Assembly (NCBI RefSeq): GCF_026210795.1 | Contig: NC_089435.1 | Coordinates: forward strand, 1,984,001-2,048,000 | Source: Rhizophagus irregularis | Lineage: Eukaryota | Direction: 5' to 3' | DNA length: 64,000 nucleotides | In this document: piece after piece, positions 62,595 through 64,000 of the stretch | Layout: every line of letters starts with the position of its first letter | Position numbering within the stretch: the stretch's first letter is position 1 | Translations under genes and position numbers: made by a program | The notes under the pieces: model-generated | What the model was told of the DNA's origin: nothing | The model's database searches: none | Seen by the model: only the letters and a program-made list of their open reading frames with translations

Positions 62595-64000
62595 GATTTT
62601 TAAAATTAGGAAAGAATGAAACGAGGCAATTTTGTAAAGCGATCAACCTTATATAAATTGCTGCTGCAGTTTGTTGATCATTTCGTACCTATTCTTTTAC
62701 ATAAAAGGTAGTTTGTGTTAATTTGTGGAAAAAATGGAAAAAAATGATAGTATAATTGTTGTTATAATGTGCTGTATAAATCATATATTTTTCTTATATT
62801 ACAATTTTAATTTAAATGCAAAAAAAAAAACTTGTATTGAATAACAGACTTTTAAAATGCTATATTATTTATTAGTCTGAACATCCGAATTTTTGTAAGA
62901 ACTTTATTACTTGATCTCTATAAATGATTGAAGTATTGTGTTCCTCCAAAGAAAGCCTTCAACATAAATATACATAGAATAACGAATTTAATACTATTTA
63001 TTATTATAATTTATAAATTCATTATTCAATATAATTTCATTCTTTTAAGAACAAAAAAAAAAAATTTCGGGTAAATGTTTGTCTTTAATAGTGTAGTGTC
63101 ATAATTTTACCAAAATTAAAATAGTAGATAGGTTAGTAATTTAGATAATGATAATATTAACCCACCTCGTAATATGTGACGCATATTGGAATATTTAATG
63201 ATCACGTGATGCAGATCATTTAGTTATGAAACCCCGCATGGGCGCATGGTAATAAACATTAATAATCATTAAAGGATAGTGAAACATTATAAATTAATAA
63301 CCCTAAAATAAGTACCCTTAAATTAGTTATGAGTAACTTTTGGGAAAAGTTAAAAGAGAATGGTTCTTGCAAAGTTATTTTCACATTAATTAATCTTAAT
63401 ATTATAAATTATTTCCACAATGTAATAATTTTGACCCAATAAATATTATGTTTTATAACCCAAAATTCGTGTTTGAATAATTTTATGTAATAATAAACCA
63501 AGCAATGTATTTTATTTAATAAAATTCTTATTTTATTTGATTTAACTTAATTGCTGATCCGTTTAAAATCGGCACTTTTTTCGGGGTTAATTAACGGTTA
63601 AATTTAAGCAAAAATCGCACAATTGTAAGAAAACTACATAATACTAGAGAAGGGAATAATTCATTATATATAATAAAAATTATATAATATATGTAAAAAA
63701 AACCCAAGGAAAAATAATATGCTAAAATATTTGTACCTTTATTATTGAAAAAAACAACTTTACATTTCACGCGCGTCAGATTTAACTTTTATATGCGAAT
63801 TTTGATAACTTTTTATTATATTATTATATTTAAATATCAACAAATGGCTTATAGTAACAATCAACCAACTTTAAATTACTAAAAAAAACCATTTATTAAT
63901 TATTTAATTGTCAATTCATTTAATATTGGCACAATTTTTACTTTTTTAGCATTATATGTGCGGGGTGAAATTTAACGAAAATTGCATAGTTGGCAATAAA

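Overview
Very AT-rich eukaryotic DNA with short GT-AG introns. The gene families and transposon load are typical of an arbuscular mycorrhizal fungus (Glomeromycotina, Rhizophagus-like); this is inferred from gene content, not proven. Genes: two F-box/LRR-like genes; a tandem family of two-exon BTB-BACK-TLDc genes (three apparently intact, two disrupted, several relics) sharing a conserved upstream motif; a multi-exon TKL-type kinase damaged by a micro-inversion and a frameshift; and a 1046-aa Sel1-repeat gene. The block from about 29 to 49 kb is a TE nest whose insertion order can be read from TSDs and empty sites. It holds a four-level nest (8-bp-TSD MITE > Tc1-type foldback > solo LTR > CAC..GTG MITE) and a 6.8-kb Helitron with both ends, inserted at A|T in a Ty3/Gypsy gag and itself carrying a second copy of that Gypsy family. 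The Gypsy family has a ~550-aa zinc-finger/acidic extension in front of Gag and a cassette of extra ORFs including a second capsid-like domain. Three independent micro-inversions and strong CpG decay are visible. No rRNA, tRNA or CRISPR features are supported.
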